From contig NC_057749.1 in the NCBI RefSeq assembly GCF_004010195.1, forward strand, positions 8,185,451 to 8,249,450: a stretch of DNA of 64,000 nucleotides, given 5' to 3'. This stretch comes from Chiloscyllium plagiosum. Lineage: Eukaryota. Below are positions 61,307 through 64,000 of this stretch, in pieces. The position numbers and the translations under genes are program-made. How positions within the stretch are numbered: position 1 is the first letter of the stretch; every line of letters begins with the position of its first letter. The notes beneath the pieces are model-generated. The model did no database searches. It saw only the letters and a list, made by a program, of their open reading frames with translations, and was not told the origin of the DNA.

Positions 61307-61518
61307 GTGAAAACAAGGATTGCAGATGCCAGAAACCAAATCCTAGATGAGAGTGGTGCTGGAAAAGCACAACAGTTCAGGCAGCATCCGAGGAGCAGGG
61401 AAATTGATGTTTCGGGCAAAAGCCCTTCATCAGGAATTCATCAGAACCGTCGATTTTCCTGCTCCTCGGATGCTGCCTGAACTGTTGTGCTTTTCCAGCA
61501 CCACTCTAATCCAGAACC
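61307..61518 (-). mobile_element. Palindromic PLE derivative (family A)
   Basis: Near-perfect arms of about 60 bp; hammerhead at 61403-61436 (minus); TSD acattaggtagag at 61294-61306 and 61519-61531. Confidence 0.9.
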
Positions 61519-62754
61519 ACATTAGGTAGAGACCCAGCCATCTGAAAAGTCTGGATCAAATTGGTGCCATCAATATTGGGCATGATCCCCATTTTGACTG
61601 GAGTATATTTGGGATCTGCTTCCTTTTCTGACTTTGGTAGAGGTCACAATGCTGTGGGTCAGACTGGCATTGCGCCAAAGAAGAAGAACTTTGTATGTGT
61701 GACATGCTTGTATACTTGTCTCGACTTCTACAAAAGAAAAACAGTTTAACAACATTATTTTATTGATTTTCCTCTGAAGTTGATATCCTGCACATATAAT
61801 TTAATGGATAATACTGAGCATTAACCTGAGCAGTGTAAAGTTCCAATGGATCTCAGCCACTTGGTCCAATGTTTCATGCTGAATGATACCCTTCTTAATA
61901 AAACACTCTGAAATAATTCATTCCCGTTCAGTTACAGAAATTAATTATAGAATTGTAAATCTAATCTGCCAAATGAGCAGTTTCAAATTGCAGCCTGTGG
62001 CAATACTAAAGCCAAGTACAGTTCAGGAAACAGTCTCAGCGACACACGTTCATTGCAACTGTGTGCAGTCCAGTCACATTACATGGTCAATTTTATGAGC
62101 ACCATTCACCAATGTCTTTAGTCTAAGATTCTAGTCATAATTATGGTATTAACTGATGTTGTGAAATCTTATCAAAGATAACAAGGGTGTGATTAAAATA
62201 TAGGCCAGCAAAGCTTGGAAAATCTCTGCCAATATGAAAGCATTACTCAGCATCTACAGAACAGAGATAGCCATTCAATCCAAATGGTCCAACCTGGTGT
62301 TTAAGTCCCCCTTGTCCCATGAAGTTCCTCACTTTCTTTCTTCCTCTCACCCTATCAACATGTCTTCCTATCCATTTCTCTGTAAATTTTTTTTATCCAG
62401 CTATCTGCCCTTAAGTATGTCTACGCTATCCAATACCCTTTGTTTCAGTGTTCCACAGAAGATCGGTGGGGGGGGGGTTGGATATGTTGCCTTGGAACAC
62501 CAATAAAAGTGTACTCAGTGATGAATTAAGATGCAGTCACTTTACTTGGATAAGAATAAGGGAAGAGGAAAGAGCTCAAAAGACATCAAGGAAGAGATTG
62601 GCCAGGATCTGATTGAATGGAGGAGCAGGTTTGAAGGGCCGACTGGCCTCCTTCTGCCCCTAGTTTGAAGTCCTTCATAGGATGGTGTCACAATTTAAAT
62701 CTTGCAAAAGTGAGGGAGTTAAATCTAACAACTCTGGAAAAGTTAACAGTGCAA

Positions 62755-63405
62755 AGGCTGGAATACTGCATAAATAACTTACCTCCCAATTCCCCAAAAC
62801 TAGTCCACCATCACAAGTCAGGTGTATGATGCTATATCACCCACTTGCTCCATATCATCCTGAACAATGCAGCCTGCTTTGTTCTGAGGAAGGGTCACTG
62901 GACCCGAAACATTAACTCTGATTTCTCTTCACAGATGCTGCCAGACCTGCTGAGTTTTTCCAGCAACTTCTGTTCATGAAAGTAGCTTGCTTGATTGGCA
63001 CCACATTCACAAGCATCCATTCCCTCCATCACCAATGCTCAGTAGCAGCTGTGTGCCCTACTACAAGATGCACTGCAGAAATTCACCAAAGATCCTTCAA
63101 TAGCACCTTCCAAACCCACGACCACTTCCATCTCAAAGGACAAGGGAAGCAGATACATGGAAAGGCCATCACCTGGAAGTTCCACTCCCAGCCATTCACC
63201 ATCTTGAACTGGAAATATATTACCACTCCTTCATTGTCATTGGTTCAAAATCCTAGAGTTCCCTCTCTAGAAACACTGTAGGTCTACCTACAGTACATGG
63301 ACTGCAGCAATTCAAGAAGGCAGCTCATCACCATCTTCTCAAGGACAATTAGGGATGGGCAATAAATGCTGGCCCAGGTGGAGCCACCCACTCCACTCTG
63401 TGAGT
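62755..63405 (+). mobile_element. LINE-B 3' fragment interrupted by a PLE family C end (62881-62975)
   Basis: ACLIGTTFTSIHSLHHQCSVAAVC; tail ggacaattagggatgggcaataaatgctggcc. Confidence 0.82.
62881..62916 (+). ncRNA. Minimal hammerhead ribozyme motif (family C)
   Basis: gtt CTGAGGA a gggtc actg gaccc GAAA catt aac. Confidence 0.7.
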
Positions 63406-63589
63406 GATTTTTTTAAAGAAGTATGTAATCTTTGGCACAGTTTAGAAATTATAAAGGATATCGAGAAGGGACCAAGTGTGGTAACCATGGAAGTAATGTA
63501 TGCATTCAACCAAGAGAGTGACAGTGACTTCATCTTAGGTCAAGGAAATCATGGGCCAAGGTTTGGATTGACGATTGACTGAATTGGAT

Positions 63590-63860
63590 TGAAACGTATC
63601 CTGAGTGATTTTGACAGAGTGCTTAAGGGAAGGATAATTCCTCTTACGGGAGGTCCTAGGCCTTGGAGCCACTGTTTAAAAATGAGGCAGGACATTTGGG
63701 CCCCAGAGAGAGAGTGAGTGCCTGAAAGTACCTTGGATGAGGTTGGCTCGGGATGCCTCAGCTCAACCACCTCCAAGTGCAGGCAATTAAACCGAGTCTT
63801 ATCAATATTTAAGAAGGGCAACTGGGATTTGCAGAAATTAATTCCAACACAATGGGAACT
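63590..63860 (+). mobile_element. Old CR1 3' fragment
   Basis: ttgaaacgtat...tttgacagagtg...gccactgtttaaaaatgagg resembles the CR1 ORF2 end. Confidence 0.5.
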
Positions 63861-63970
63861 GTTAATTGGTGATAGGCTTCCAGGATTGGCCAGGGTGCCA
63901 GACAGGACTATGGATGTTCTGTGCCTGAACGTGAATGAAGTCAAAGAACATCCTGTGAAGGAATTACATA

Positions 63971-63990
63971 CATACACACACACACACACA
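63971..63990. repeat. (CA)n microsatellite
   Basis: Directly visible. Confidence 0.9.
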
Positions 63991-64000
63991 TACCACCACC

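Noticed and set aside
12972..61518. Palindromic elements as DNA-transposon MITEs
   Set aside because: Their ends are asymmetric with one-sided tails, TSD length varies from 9 to 17 bp, and families A and C match PLE 3' ends in this window.

Overview
This is repeat-dense vertebrate DNA, almost certainly from a shark or other elasmobranch (inferred from HE1/V-SINE-type SINEs paired with CR1 LINEs, plus Deu-domain SINEs). It looks intronic or intergenic: I could not name any host protein-coding gene, and only a few low-confidence exon candidates are visible. Most of the window is decayed retroelements: many CR1 fragments, a second CR1/L2-group LINE with its partner SINE, Rex1/Babar 3' ends, about 16 HE1-like SINEs and solo-LTR-like elements. 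The most notable signal is several distinct Penelope-like element (PLE) families. These include a 2.5 kb RT + GIY-YIG relic, inverted-repeat GIY-YIG copies, and 170-210 bp palindromic non-coding derivatives with 9-17 bp target-site duplications (TSDs). Their 3' ends carry minimal hammerhead-ribozyme motifs (CUGANGA-stem-GAAA-palindromic tetramer) whose stems co-vary between families. PLE hammerheads are known biology; whether these particular families and mini-elements are described cannot be judged without searches. There is a 112-nt assembly gap at 53514-53625. Repeat boundaries were read by eye and are approximate unless a TSD is cited.
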